DNA of 64,000 nucleotides, from positions 4,898,001-4,962,000 of the forward strand of contig CM074521.1 of the NCBI GenBank assembly GCA_037379345.1, given 5' to 3'. Position numbers and translations under genes: made by a program. This document shows positions 1 through 12,012 of the stretch, piece after piece; within the stretch, counting starts at the first letter, position 1; each line of letters begins with the position of its first letter. The notes beneath the pieces were generated by a model that was not told the origin of the DNA, did not search any database, and saw only the letters and a list, made by a program, of their open reading frames with translations. The DNA is from Perna viridis (Eukaryota).

Positions 1-1079
1 TTTGATTGAAATATACCCTATATTCGACAATTCAGGACAATTAAATCATATGCAACCCTACAAATAGTTGGAAGCTACATGTAAATACGGGGAACCAGTC
101 GCTTTACATGGTTAACAGTCAAGGAAAATGGATGCTTATTGGACAAGTCGCTTGTTTGGCAGAAATGAGGATGAGAATCCGCACTCAACACGGGATGGCG
201 GCTCTTAAACTAGGTAAACGCGAACAATAGAAAGATAAGAAGACAGGAAAATTAATGTTCTTGAGAGATGGATATTACTTGGAATAACTTAGATAAACAT
301 AACTATCTTGCGTGTGTTTAAAAATATTGTCGATAAAAGAATACAGAAACGTGTTACGGAAATATGCGGAATCTACCGAAAATACACGATACAGCTACAT
401 TTCGCCGTTTCACACTTCAAACAAGTCACCCTTTACTGCTGCACAAATTTAACGAAACTTTACTAAAAAAGGAAAGTCTGCATATGAAGATTCGCATGAA
501 AGTAAACTAATTCTCAAATTATCATGAAAGTAAAATATTAGATTTTAACGTTTTGGTCAATATTTTTCTTTGGCAAAAGTCTTCCTATACCTCTAGGTTT
601 AAATGAAACTTTACTGAATTTTACGACACTAATGCATGAATAAATATGATTCCAACACAAATATATATTTAGAATTGAACAGTTTTGTTCCACATTTATC
701 ATAAGCATAACTCGTAAATAACCATGGATTTGAATGTATTGAAACTTTACACAAAGCATCATTTACAGATGTGTTAAAAGGAATATATTAATCATCCCTT
801 CGCCAACAAAATTGTGATGGGATATACATGTAATAACACAACCACCTGTCCATAATATATTGGTGATGCTCGTTTCTTCTCTTACTAACAACTGTAGACA
901 GGCCTTTCAAAATTATCCGCCATAATACCAACCAAACGTCGTTTCACAATCGAATAATGATGGACACTTTAAACCGGATATATAATTATTTAACAAAAAT
1001 AATCATTTCCAATTATCACACTAACACAATTAATACAACATATCAATTTAGTAAGTAACATGTAAAGTTGAATATTTAC

Positions 1080-1139
1080 CGCCTGAATATAGCTGAAATA
1101 TTGCTGCTCGAGCGTTAAACCCCAATAATCAATCAATCA
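1080..1139 (+). mobile_element. 5'-truncated retroposon tail of the same family
   Basis: CTGAATATAGCTGAAATATTGCTG...GTTAAACC..AATCAATCAATC with perfect 12-bp TSD TTGAATATTTAC (1068-1079, 1140-1151). Confidence 0.8.
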
Positions 1140-2754
1140 TTGAATATTTACTTGACTACTTTCACTAGGAGGAATTTCGTTCAACAGATTACCAATTCTC
1201 ATTGAGTAGTTATATTTGTGACTCCTACATTAATTCAAGTATACCATAACAAAAGAAAAATAAGCTATTGTTTGTTACAGCTTCCTTAATTCATTCATTT
1301 CTTCACTTGATCAATTTAATTTTGTTTTTGACAACTATAATAACATTTTCATCTTCAATTACATAGCAAGTATATAACCAACGGAAATCATGTCTCAATA
1401 TCGTAGAAGTCAATATTTTAAGTATCTTAAACTACGATCAAGGCTAAGAGGCGGACAGCTTTTAGGAAAAACCTATAATTACTTGTTTGAACGTAATATT
1501 CGGTCAATATATAGTGAGTACCCCCTCCCGGTACTACTTCAATTAATGAGAGTTGTCTTTCTTTTTTCAATGGTTCTCTCAATGCTCAGTTCCCGTTTGA
1601 TAGCATGATCAGGTGATTTGACGACAAGCACAAAAGATAAGTGGGATTAGATTAGTATGAAAATTGTTCACCTAACTAAAAGTAATTTATAAAACTCGAA
1701 GATGAGTATAAAGTTTTATTAATATAATAGAAATAGAAATAGAAGTGCATTTTAAAGTTAGACAATGATCTTGAATTGTATTATATGACAATTTATACAC
1801 TGGGTTGTTTGTTGTGTTACTTTCTGTGGCGTTACCTTCAATAAAGTAACACCACTGACAAATTTGCCATTTATTTCTTATAGTTTTTAATTACATTTGA
1901 TGTCTGCCAGGAAGAAGTTCTTGACATCTTTCACAAATTAAAATGCAGTTTAAAAAATATTTTTAATTCATAACTATAATTATGCAGGCTTTAATTGATC
2001 AAAAATAGGAACACCGGGCGTTCAATGTAACGGCAAAGAAAAATCACAGTTTTTGTAAAATAAAATGAAATTTACTAAAACAAAGTATTTTCACCAAGCA
2101 AAAAGCATAGCTTACTGATTTTTTCTGACATTTTTTTTCAAAGATTAAAACCAAAGTACAAAAATAACACCACAGACAATTTCTAAAATCGGCCAGATCT
2201 ATTTGAAATTTGTATCCCCAGACTGTGTGCATTTTCTAGAACAAAGAGCAGTCTTTGTAAGAATCATGCAAAATCTTAAAAATGTGATACACCACAAAAA
2301 AAGGTTACATATTTTTATTTTTGTAATTAAGTTGTTTTATGAGTCTATACTATGAAATGTGTAATTATTCATTCAAATCTGCCAATATATATATGAAAAA
2401 CCACATGTTATTTTCTGTTTACTATGACATTTCAAACAAAATGTCAGAAATAAAAATATGTAGGCTTTTTACCCATGAATCACATTTTGCATGATCGTTA
2501 GCTGGAGTGCTACTTAAGTGAAGAAATTTAAAAAAAACAAAAACAGACCGACTATCACTTGTATTAACCAACTCGACAGGTTTTACCCCCACATCCGTGA
2601 AAATGTTGGAATTCAAAGAAAATGTCAGTTTGATAAAAAAAAAAAATAATAACAACATCCATGTTGATTGAATCTGTCTTAGATTAATTAAATCTTAACT
2701 TCTAAGGTGAAACTAATGCAGCATGTGGGTAGAGTAACATGTAGGTGCACTTAA

Positions 2755-2940
2755 GGAGGTAGACCTAGGGTGTGGAAATAACTCTTGAAAACAGTGATAT
2801 GTTTGTAACACATTAATTTCACCTCAGCCTATCAAGCTTTCCATTGAAACAGATTGAAATCAGTCCAAGTTACTTTGATGCTGAATACAAACGTTCCAAT
2901 GATTTCTAAGAGTTGTGTCCCTTACCCTAGGTCTACCACC
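2755..2940. mobile_element. Short Kolobok-type MITE
   Basis: TTAA|GGAGGTAGACCTAGGG ... CCCTAGGTCTACCACC|TTAT; internal sequence shared with 8135-8351. Confidence 0.8.
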
Positions 2941-3159
2941 TTATAACTGGAAAATGAATAAAAGGAATTTTTGAGAGTTGGTAAGTTTTTATAATTTGAG
3001 TGTCTTAAAGAGTAATCAAGGGAGCTAAGATTCTAGCGGAAATCAAAAGAATGAAATCCAGGGGCAAAGACCAGACATGGAAAACAGACACACACAAAAA
3101 AGAACATAACATAACCAAAATAATACAAAGTAACAAAAGTAAATGAGCCACTCATTTAA

Positions 3160-3218
<59 letters not shown>
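3160..3218. repeat. (ATA)n microsatellite
   Basis: About 19 perfect ATA units. Confidence 0.95.
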
Positions 3219-3220
<2 letters not shown>

Positions 3221-4954
3221 CAATTTCAGTGCACTTTCAGAGCGTATTACCAATTCCTCGCTGACACAGGACTTTCAATATTTATAAACTTCATACATAC
3301 ACTCATTCCTTCTTCAAACAAACACCAACAAACAATACCGATTACATGTACCAGGATTTGCATTTTAATGGAAGCTGTTTTTTTCAACTGGTTGTCGTAG
3401 CTTAGCATTGTACACATAGGTGCGTGAAAAGTACTATTTAAAATTGAAATGTAATCTCCATTATAGGTCAAAGGATAATTTATTAATTGGAAAGAGTGAA
3501 TAATCATTATAATCACGAGTGCCGAAGAACGCCTAGAATTAACGAGAATGCGGAACTATATTGCGTTTTTGGCACGACCGGTTATATTTTCGATTGGTTA
3601 TTCACGATAAACAATTGATTATCCTATTTATTATATAGATTTTCTCACTTATTTGTTGCTATTTTCAACATGACATTCAAATTTTGTGAATAGCGGATTG
3701 GTATACATGTGTATTTTATGACGTTTTGGCAGGAGAAAGTCGAAATCAGAATGAAATTACCGAATTCATTTCACAGTGTAAATTATCGAAAAATGCTAGA
3801 GAGAGAACATTCGGTAAATCGTGCTATCTATATATAAGAATAATCAATGGAACCAAGGTTATAGCGGTACTCAAAAGAATGTAGTCCAGGGACAAAGACC
3901 AGCCATGCAAAACAGACCTACACAACAAAGAACATAGAGTAACTAAAATCATACATACAAAGTAACAAAAGCAAATAAGCAACTCGGACTCCACTAAAAA
4001 CTGGGAGCATGGACCAGGTGCACCGATAGGGTTATTTGAATTATTGATGGAAATGATGTGGCAGTACACAGTAGTTTAATTCATTTTAATTATCTAACCT
4101 GAACTTATAGTGCCAGTACTAAAAGTCTCTTTGGTTTAAAACTAAAGGAAATGAAGGGTGTAAAAATGCTATCATTTTCTACTCTATTGTAATTGTGTAA
4201 TTTAATAAAATAAATTGTCCCTTGATTCCCGATTATCAAATCGGTTTGTGACGTATTTTAATAATAAATAATTTTTTTCTGTGTACAGAACATCTTGAAA
4301 GCTGAGTTGACTCGAGCCCGTTGAAAAAAAAATCACAATGTTGGTTTTTTTTTATAGTAAATATCATGTTAATGCAAAGATATCCAATTTTCCTAATTTT
4401 AGGGCGACAAGCGCATCTATTCAGCCTTCTACGTAATGCAAATTGTTGAAATAATGCCTTAGAGTATGATAAATGTTTCGATGAACAGCTATACTTAAGG
4501 CAAAGATCAGTGATGGCCAGCTTAGCTTTACATTTCTACAGCTGTATACATTTTTACTTGCATCATATCAAGCAAAAAAACAAAGATTATCAGGGACATG
4601 ACTTCTAAAATACTTCAAAAGAGCAGTGGTTTGTAATTAGACAAGACTAGAAACAATAACCATTTTGCTTTATTGACTTGTCCCCATACACTTAGAAACA
4701 GAACTATTAATTTTGTATAATAACAATTCTCTATGTGGAATTTACAGTAAATACACTTAGTTAAATATGCATCGGATGTAATAACAGCCAAGAGCACTCC
4801 ATTATAGTTTCGATGATTATTCTATAAACATTAGTATGAACAAATCAAATGCATTTTTTATATAATTATGAAGATTGCATAGTTATGATAAGGATAAGAA
4901 TATATGATAAATGGATGTAATTACAAATGGCTATAATGATATACAATAATTGTT

Positions 4955-5262
4955 TCATGTCCTTGTTACTTGTTGTGAGTCATTGTTTAGTTTTTGCGAT
5001 GAGTCATCTGATTTGACGAGATTCACAGGGGAGCTTATTTGTTGATACATGTGGTCTGGGCGGAGATTAAAATACTGTTGGTACTGATTCCGGCAAGAAA
5101 ATTCATAGTCATTGTAGTGTCCGAACCACGGTTGGGACAAGAGTGCATAATTTCCGAGAAAGCCCCAGGGATTCCATTCCGGTCTGGGTATCTCTGGTAT
5201 AGGTTCGTTGTTTTGTTGTTCACTACTAGATTTCTCTATGTCATTCTGTGCAGTTTCGATCT
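4955..5262 (-). CDS. Homeobox gene terminal coding exon
   Basis: ttttcctttctag|AG ATC GAA; phase 1 matches the 6774 donor; open 102 codons (E)[10 protein letters not shown]...[22 protein letters not shown]...QQVTRT-stop. Confidence 0.8.
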
Positions 5263-8200
5263 CTAGAAAGGAAAATAAAAAAAAAACAACTTTAAAAGTA
5301 TTTCAGCTGTTTCTACTTTAAAACTTACGGAATACATTTACAGAACTTAAGTCTAAGTATGAGATATTTAGAATAAAGATGCTACATTTTACAAGGTGTA
5401 CATTAGTTATATTTGAGGATGTAAAGTTTTGACAGTCAGTATGTCAACGACTCTTTTTAATTACCGACAGTCGAGGTATTTATTCACAAATGGCAGTCTG
5501 CCCTCCGAAACTGTCGTCTCATTTGTACATACATTGTACATTGTAGTATATTGTTATAATGTATGTATGTTTGTATGAGGTGATTACAGTAATGGGCCTT
5601 GTATAAGAATGACTGTGATCTTCTGTGCGCGCAAGTACAGTGTACTGAACTGAACACGTCACAGCTAGAGGATTGTCAGATGAAAGCTTCGATTGATTAA
5701 ATAGATAACACAAACCGAATTTTACATGCTTATCAATCCGCGTGTGATATAGGTCGAAGGTTGATACTACATGTGATACAGATTTTGACATGTCATACAA
5801 TATTTTAAGTACATTTATGTATACTGCAAAATTAATGTGTTTCGAGAAGGGATGTCTAGGCTGTGATATATGGTTTGGGATAAAGGGAAAATGGTATAGG
5901 GTTTAATCAGTCAATTTATACACAAACAAGTAAACAGTATTTATATATATACTGAATATTACATGTCAAATTCTGTATCATGATAGTCCTATAGTACACC
6001 AAGGACCACCAGCCCACGGGGTGATATAGGTCGAGGGTTGATACCGCATGTGAAACAGATTATTACATGTCATGTTCATTACATCATTATACATGTACTT
6101 GAATGTCATGTCCATTATATATCTTATCTTTTAACTATTCTTTAAGTATGTTTTGTGAATGGGTGTGATATAGGGTATGCGATATAAATCTATGCTGCGA
6201 TATAGGGTATGGTATGCGATATAGGTCTAGGGGTGTGATATAGGGTATACGATAAAGGTTTAGGGTTGTGATATAGGGTATACAATATAGGTCTGGAGTG
6301 TGATATAAGGTATATGATATACATGAAGGTCTGGGAGTGTGATATAGGGTATACGATAAAAGATTAGGGGTGTGATATAGGGTATACAATATAGGTATAG
6401 GGTGTGATATAGGGTATACGAAAAAGGTTTAGGGGTGTAATATAGGGGGTACAATATACATGTAGGTCTAGGGTGTGATATAGGGGATGCAATATACATG
6501 TAGGTCTAGGGTGTGATATAGGGGAAACAATATACATGTAGGTCTAGGGTGTGATATAGGGGATACAATATACATGTAGGTCTAGGGTGTGATATAGGGG
6601 GTACAATATACATGTAGGTCTAGTGTGTAATATAGGGTATATGATATACATGTAGGTCTAGGGTGTGATAAAGGGTAAACGGTATAGAGGTCACTTGTAA
6701 TGCATGCACAAAAAAGTAAATTTTAATCGAAATACATTGTATTTAATAAATGAGTATACATATATAACCTTACCCTCTTGGTTAATTTCCACTCGGGGAA
6801 TAATTCCTTTCCTCCACTTAGCCCGTCTGTTTTGGAACCATATCTACAATAATACTATGACTGTACTTTACAAATTCGTTTAGAATAGTACTAAATTCAA
6901 CCAAAATCTAGGACCGGCACAACGAACCCCATCCCCGTTAGGTAGTTAATCAGTAGCGAATCCAGATGGGATGTGTGCGGAGGGTTGGCAACCCCCTTTT
7001 TATTGAAAAATTTGTCATTTGACAAAAAAAAATGGCAAATAATCTCCTAGCACCCACTTTTTCTGAGGAACCTCGGCTTCCTTTCAAAGAGTCAGGATTC
7101 GGCCATGGTTAATTATATAAATTATATATTTTTTAAACTTTCAAATTTTTCAGATGTTACTCAGACTGGTAACTGTAACGGTTGAGTTCTGTTTCTCTAT
7201 TTTTTAGTTCGACCATTAATCAGTGTTTTGTAAAAAAAAAGTTGTCAGCCAGGATTGCTGATTCCAGGATCCGCTCTAAAATGTATAAAGGTCTGTATTC
7301 TCAAAAAGGGTTGTTTACATACGAGTAAGATCCGACGTATTGAAAACCTCTCGATTTTCTGTTATTTGAAACTGTTCCATTCAGATTATACAGTTGTTCT
7401 GAAAAACAACACATGACCAACATATATGACTATACATGTATACTGTACCTGCACTCTTGATTCGGCTAGATTTAATTTCTTTGCCAAGTCGTCACGTGTA
7501 ACAACGTCAGGGTATGGAGCTTTTCGGAAGGCTTTTTCCATTTCCTTCAGTTGATATGGCGAGAACGTTGTCCTGTAAACATACAGTGATAATAGACGCC
7601 ATTCTTTGGGATTTTTAAAAATTTCTATTAATTTAAGCTCACTTTTATGGTTTTCACGTTTTTCAGTTATGGGGGCTTAAATAGGATTTACTTATTGGTC
7701 GATCATGACAGGTCAATACCTCCCTTATTATGTATTCAAATCATTGCATTTCGTGGGTACCATGTTTTAGGGATTTGGGTTGGTCATATAAACAAGGCTG
7801 TAAAACACACTCAGTTGTTCTTAAACATTTATTTCAGGTATAAAGACGACGGGTATATCATGAATGCACTGATGGCTCTTTTGTTTTTTTTAATCTTGTA
7901 ACGATAGTTATTTTTTAAATTCAAATCTATTTTTCTTCTTGGTTAGTTAACATACTAAAATAAATATGAATAATTTTCAATCAATCGGTCCTATGTGTAC
8001 GTATACAGAAATAAATTACCCTTAAAATAATATTGAAAACAATATTAAAATTCTTAATCATTCTTTTACTTAAATTGTTTTTTTTACATTTGACTTACTC
8101 GCATATTTGGTGCATGTTTAAATGAGCATATTAAGGAGGTACATGTAGACCTAGGGTAAGGGAAATTACTCTTGAAATCAGTGATATGTTTGTATCATAT

Positions 8201-11200
8201 TCAATTTCACCAATGCCTATCAAGCTTGCATCGAAACAGAATGAAATCAATCAAAGTTATTTTGATGCTTACATGAGATTGATGTAAAATGCTGAATACA
8301 AACGTTCCAATGATTTTTAAGAGGTGTATTCCTTACCCTAGTTCTACCTTCTTAAGTACGTGTGACATATGTGGACATTTTTTCATTAGCTTGATAGTCT
8401 TTGACGTTTAAAAGCTCTTATCTCACATCATGTTTCATAGGGCTCATTCGGTGTAAATTGCATGGTTTTACGATTCTGTTAACCTACTGATCTAGAAAAA
8501 AATACCATCTGGTAGTAAGATATCAAAAACTAAAATATTCTGTTTTTGTTTTTCGTTTGATTGTGGAGTTGTAGAAATAGAATTGTTTTGTGGTGCAATT
8601 CGTAGACTTCGTAATACCTAAGGATTGTAATTAATATTTGAACAGGTTATGCGAAATAACCACCTTTTGGGCAGTTTACGCTTCATAAACTGCGGAGTGA
8701 TTTATGAACAAGCGTAAATTGCCCCAAAGTTGGTTATTCGAGCTAAATTGGTCAAAAGATCATAAAAACAGAAAAACAAAAACAATAAAAAAAAACAATC
8801 CTTATGATCTAATTTCTAATTGGTTAAAATAAAAAAAAAATTAAACCTGTTCATTCATTAAAGCCTTGTATATAAATTTAGTTTGGAATTTTTTTAATTG
8901 CGAACTGCGGTCCGATCGAAAATGATGGAAAATAACCCATCTTGCCCCCAGAGGAGGAACAAACAATCAAATCAAATAATATGAATATATTCCAACGGTA
9001 TTGATAAAATATAAAATACACATTTTTAAAGTAAATGTTTTCATAATTTCGTAGTGCATGAGACGTAATCTTCAGCTACCTATATCACGTAAACTTTAAG
9101 AATTAAGCAGTTGCCAAGTTTAAAAAATTGAAATGCATTTAGGGCATGAAACTATAAATATATATAATATACATAAATAGCTTTAAAATGAGTCGAATGC
9201 AGTGATACTGCTGTAGAAAAAAAGTTGAAGGAAATTAGCGCTTATCGAATTCTTCAGTGTGGCCAAAAACAATGGCTTCCAGTATCTATTACAAGTTTTT
9301 TTTTTCTGCATGTCAGTGTAGCCCTGTCGTATTGATAATATGCCAGTAATTTTGGAGTTTCCATGGCGACATTGTGTTTAGAAAACATACCTATGACGAG
9401 GTCGCTTTGTATCCTCCAGGTGCTGATGGAAAAGTTTCATATCTTGGGCGATTCCTGTAAAAAATAATTTGGTCATAACTGCAGAATTGATATAGTTATA
9501 TAATGATATAATTAGAAATGTTGCAGTACAGGAAATGTTTAAAGAGTGCGTGTAGCTATGTTCATATTTGTTGCGTACAATAAACGAAACTAAAATAAAC
9601 TGATGATAAAATGGCAACAATTAAGCTATAGTTAATATACATATAAGCTGGCATAACATATAAACACGTGATAGGTAGTTCAGAAGGGCGAAGGGCCTTA
9701 GCACAGGCAATTTTATTTTCGGGGTGGGAGTGGCAATTTCATGCAGCAAACACATTGTTCGCACACTACGCTGATGAGACTATTTTTATGTTCCACTAAT
9801 ACAAAAAAAGATACTTGTATGGACAATTGTTCTTTTCTAATTGGCAAACGCGGACCCGCATATATTTTCATTCCAGATAAGGGCTAAATAATATTTGGAC
9901 ATTAGACAGAGCATTTTTTTTCACGAGAAAATCAAATTGTTTTATACAAATTAGATTAAATTAAACATATGACTGAGAGCATGTATCATGGTATGAAAGC
10001 CCATTTGGGTACAAAAGTGAGCGGGGAATATGTAAATTAATCCATGGCCATGAATCGGAATATTTTTGTTTTCGTTCGTTTTTTATTTATCCTAATAAGC
10101 TAGCTTTCACAGTATGGACTAGCCATGTTATTGAAATTATAATAAAAGTAGTCATAAGACATAGTTCAGTGATAATTTAACCTCTGAGGCGTCTCAGAAA
10201 CTCCGATAACCGTCTTCATTCAAGTTTCAAGTCATGTTTAAATTTATTAAAATATTCTAATATTTACATGTATATAAAATATTCATCTTGCAAGATTATA
10301 GAACAGTTTTAGAGTGGGCTCTGATAGAACTGTTCTATTGTTCTTTTAAAACTGTTCTAGAGTCGGCATGTCTGACATTTCCTTGAAAGGATAGAACAGT
10401 TATCATTTGTAAACTGTATTTCAAGAAGATCATAATTTTTGAATTATTAAAAGTAACAAATAAAATAATAAAAAGTGTTTTTTTTTTAAATTTAGTAAAA
10501 ATTTATTTTAATTTATTAAATGTTGTATTTTGTATGCTTTGAAACATATTGGTCATTAAAATGGAAAAAAATCTTCAAATACGTAAATAAAAATATACTA
10601 GGTCATAGGCGATTTATAGATGTATTCAGTTTTTTTTCAATAACTATCAAACGCAAATTCACAAGTAAATCATGTGGTTTTGTTTTCACGGTATTGCCTA
10701 ATGAGTAATAAGTCAATGATTGACCAATATATTAAAAAGTACACATGTACATCCCTAGGTGTCACGATTTAGGACTTACACATGTACACATGTACATGTA
10801 AATGGCTGTCCATGTAAAAATCTGGTAGATCCTATGATACGGTTGGCACAGAAACATATTTTTACCACTGTTTTTGTTTTGTTTCGATGTAATGTAATAT
10901 ATATATCAAATAGTAAACAGATATTTTAAAAGCGACAAAAAACGATTTTTCAAGTTCCCTGACAGAGCAACAAAATTGTGTGCAAAAATAAATTCAATGA
11001 ATTACAATGCTTTTTATATGACTGTGTTTCTTTTTAACAGTTGCAGTTATTACAAAAACTGACATTCAACTTTGAGAAAGATTGAATTTGTGATATGAAA
11101 TGGATGAACAATTTTTAAACAAAATTTTCATGTGCAACCCACTGCCTGGTTTTTGTATGGGCACCTCTTAACATTTGTTTTAATTAACCTCTCATAAAAC

Positions 11201-12012
11201 AGTTCTATGACTGTTGGACATTTGTAGGAACAGTTCTTCTGACAGTTTTAGCAGAGCCTGACCTTTTGAAAATTGTAGCAGAGCCTGATCCTCTGACAGT
11301 TACAGCAGAACCTGTTCTAGAACAGTTTTAGTGTGGGCTCTGACAGAACTGTTCTATGGCTCTTTTAAAACTGTTCTAGAGTCGGCTTGTCTGACATTTC
11401 CTTGAGAGGATAGAACAGTTATCATATGTAAACTATATTTCAAGAAGATATTTAGGAGTGTATAACTTAATCTCTGTTTATTTTCCATGACACCATCTTT
11501 TAAATTCACATTATAATCAGCTATTTTGTCAAAAAAAAAAGATTTATAATCCATGTAATTCTGGAGTAGTCAGAAGTCATTATACACAAATGTATAAGCA
11601 TACAATATCAATGCATTAATAAATGAAAAACAAAAGCAAACTTATTTGTTTTATAACATGAATATATTCTGACATTTACATGTACAGGTGCAATATAACA
11701 GGGGCATCAAAATCATTATTTAAAAACCATTGTCACTTTCAAAAGTAGTTGAAATTTTTAATTACATTTATATTATAAAGCACACGCATTTCGTATTTGA
11801 AATTTCAGTTTCAGTAGTCTGAATTAACGATAAGTTCAGAAAACAATATAACAGTACATGGCGCAAAGATAATAGACTATATTTATTATTATACTTGGTG
11901 TGTATTTCAAGGTAAGAATTTAAATTTACATTTTGTTTGTTTTGTTTGAATATTACAAATATTTAAAAATAATAATGAAAATGGACATACCGCTAACTGA
12001 ATGAACTTTCAT
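4955..12012 (-). CDS. repo-like: PRD-class (Q50 paired-like) homeobox gene, Repo-like; join(11991-12012,9391-9454,7449-7572,6774-6843,4955-5262), about 195 aa
   Basis: Spliced homeodomain [60 protein letters not shown]. All introns are GT-AG with matching phases (1,2,0,1), total 588 nt. YQL...APYPDV...KLNLxESRVQ is characteristic of Repo. The first exon is less certain. Confidence 0.85.
6160..6690. repeat. Minisatellite with 32-33 bp and 38 bp units in homeobox intron 4
   Basis: Core GGGTGTGATATAGGG repeated about 15 times; the last six units have a 38-bp period and contain TACATGTA. Confidence 0.9.
6774..6843 (-). CDS. Homeobox gene exon 4 (recognition helix)
   Basis: attgtag|ATA TGG TTC CAA AAC AGA CGG = [24 protein letters not shown]|gtaagg; canonical PRD-class intron between homeodomain codons 46 and 47. 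Confidence 0.95.
6951..7107. mobile_element. Degenerate hAT-type MITE
   Basis: Ends CAGTAGCGAATCCAG and CAGGATTCGGCCATG resemble CAGTGGCGGATCCAG-type TIRs; GTTAAT on both flanks. Confidence 0.4.
7449..7572 (-). CDS. Homeobox gene exon 3 (helices 1-2)
   Basis: tttacag|G ACA ACG TTC = (R)[41 protein letters not shown]|gtacag; 124 nt. Confidence 0.94.
8135..8351. mobile_element. Short Kolobok-type MITE in homeobox intron 2
   Basis: TTAA flanks (8131-8134, 8352-8355); same TIR and body as 2755-2940, with a 6-bp CATGTA insertion in the left TIR. Confidence 0.82.
9391..9454 (-). CDS. Homeobox gene exon 2 (N-terminal arm of the homeodomain)
   Basis: ttttttacag|GA ATC GCC...[22 protein letters not shown]|gtatgt; AG+G of the next exon forms Arg5 of the homeodomain. 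Confidence 0.82.
10299..11449. repeat. About 130-bp direct duplication (10299-10430, 11318-11449) rich in AGAACAGTT/AACTGTTCT motifs, homeobox intron 1
   Basis: Near-identical blocks offset by about 1019 bp; motif cluster extends over 11190-11450. Confidence 0.75.
11991..12012 (-). CDS. Putative first coding exon of the homeobox gene (MKVHSVS+G)
   Basis: ATG AAA GTT CAT TCA GTT AGC G|gtatgt gives the phase-1 donor needed by the 9454 acceptor. A TATAAAT lies about 60 nt upstream (12073-12079). An in-frame Met in the next exon is an alternative start. Confidence 0.5.

Noticed and set aside
1-230. Relatively GC-rich stretch at the window start with a possible donor at about 214
   Set aside because: No long open frame or recognisable domain; cannot be assessed at the window edge.
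3143-3400. ORF with a poly-Ile run
   Set aside because: Translation of the (ATA)n microsatellite.
6135-6499. Repetitive Tyr/His/Pro-rich ORFs
   Set aside because: Translations of the intronic minisatellite.
9770-9800. CTGATGAG hammerhead ribozyme core
   Set aside because: No stem II followed by GAAA; other CTGATGA hits (17339, 52283, 62651) also fail.
9854-9861. ACCCGCAT Gcm-binding consensus in intron 1 of the repo-like gene
   Set aside because: Attractive because Gcm activates Drosophila repo, but a single 8-mer is expected by chance (about 0.6 per window by hand estimate) and I saw no cluster.
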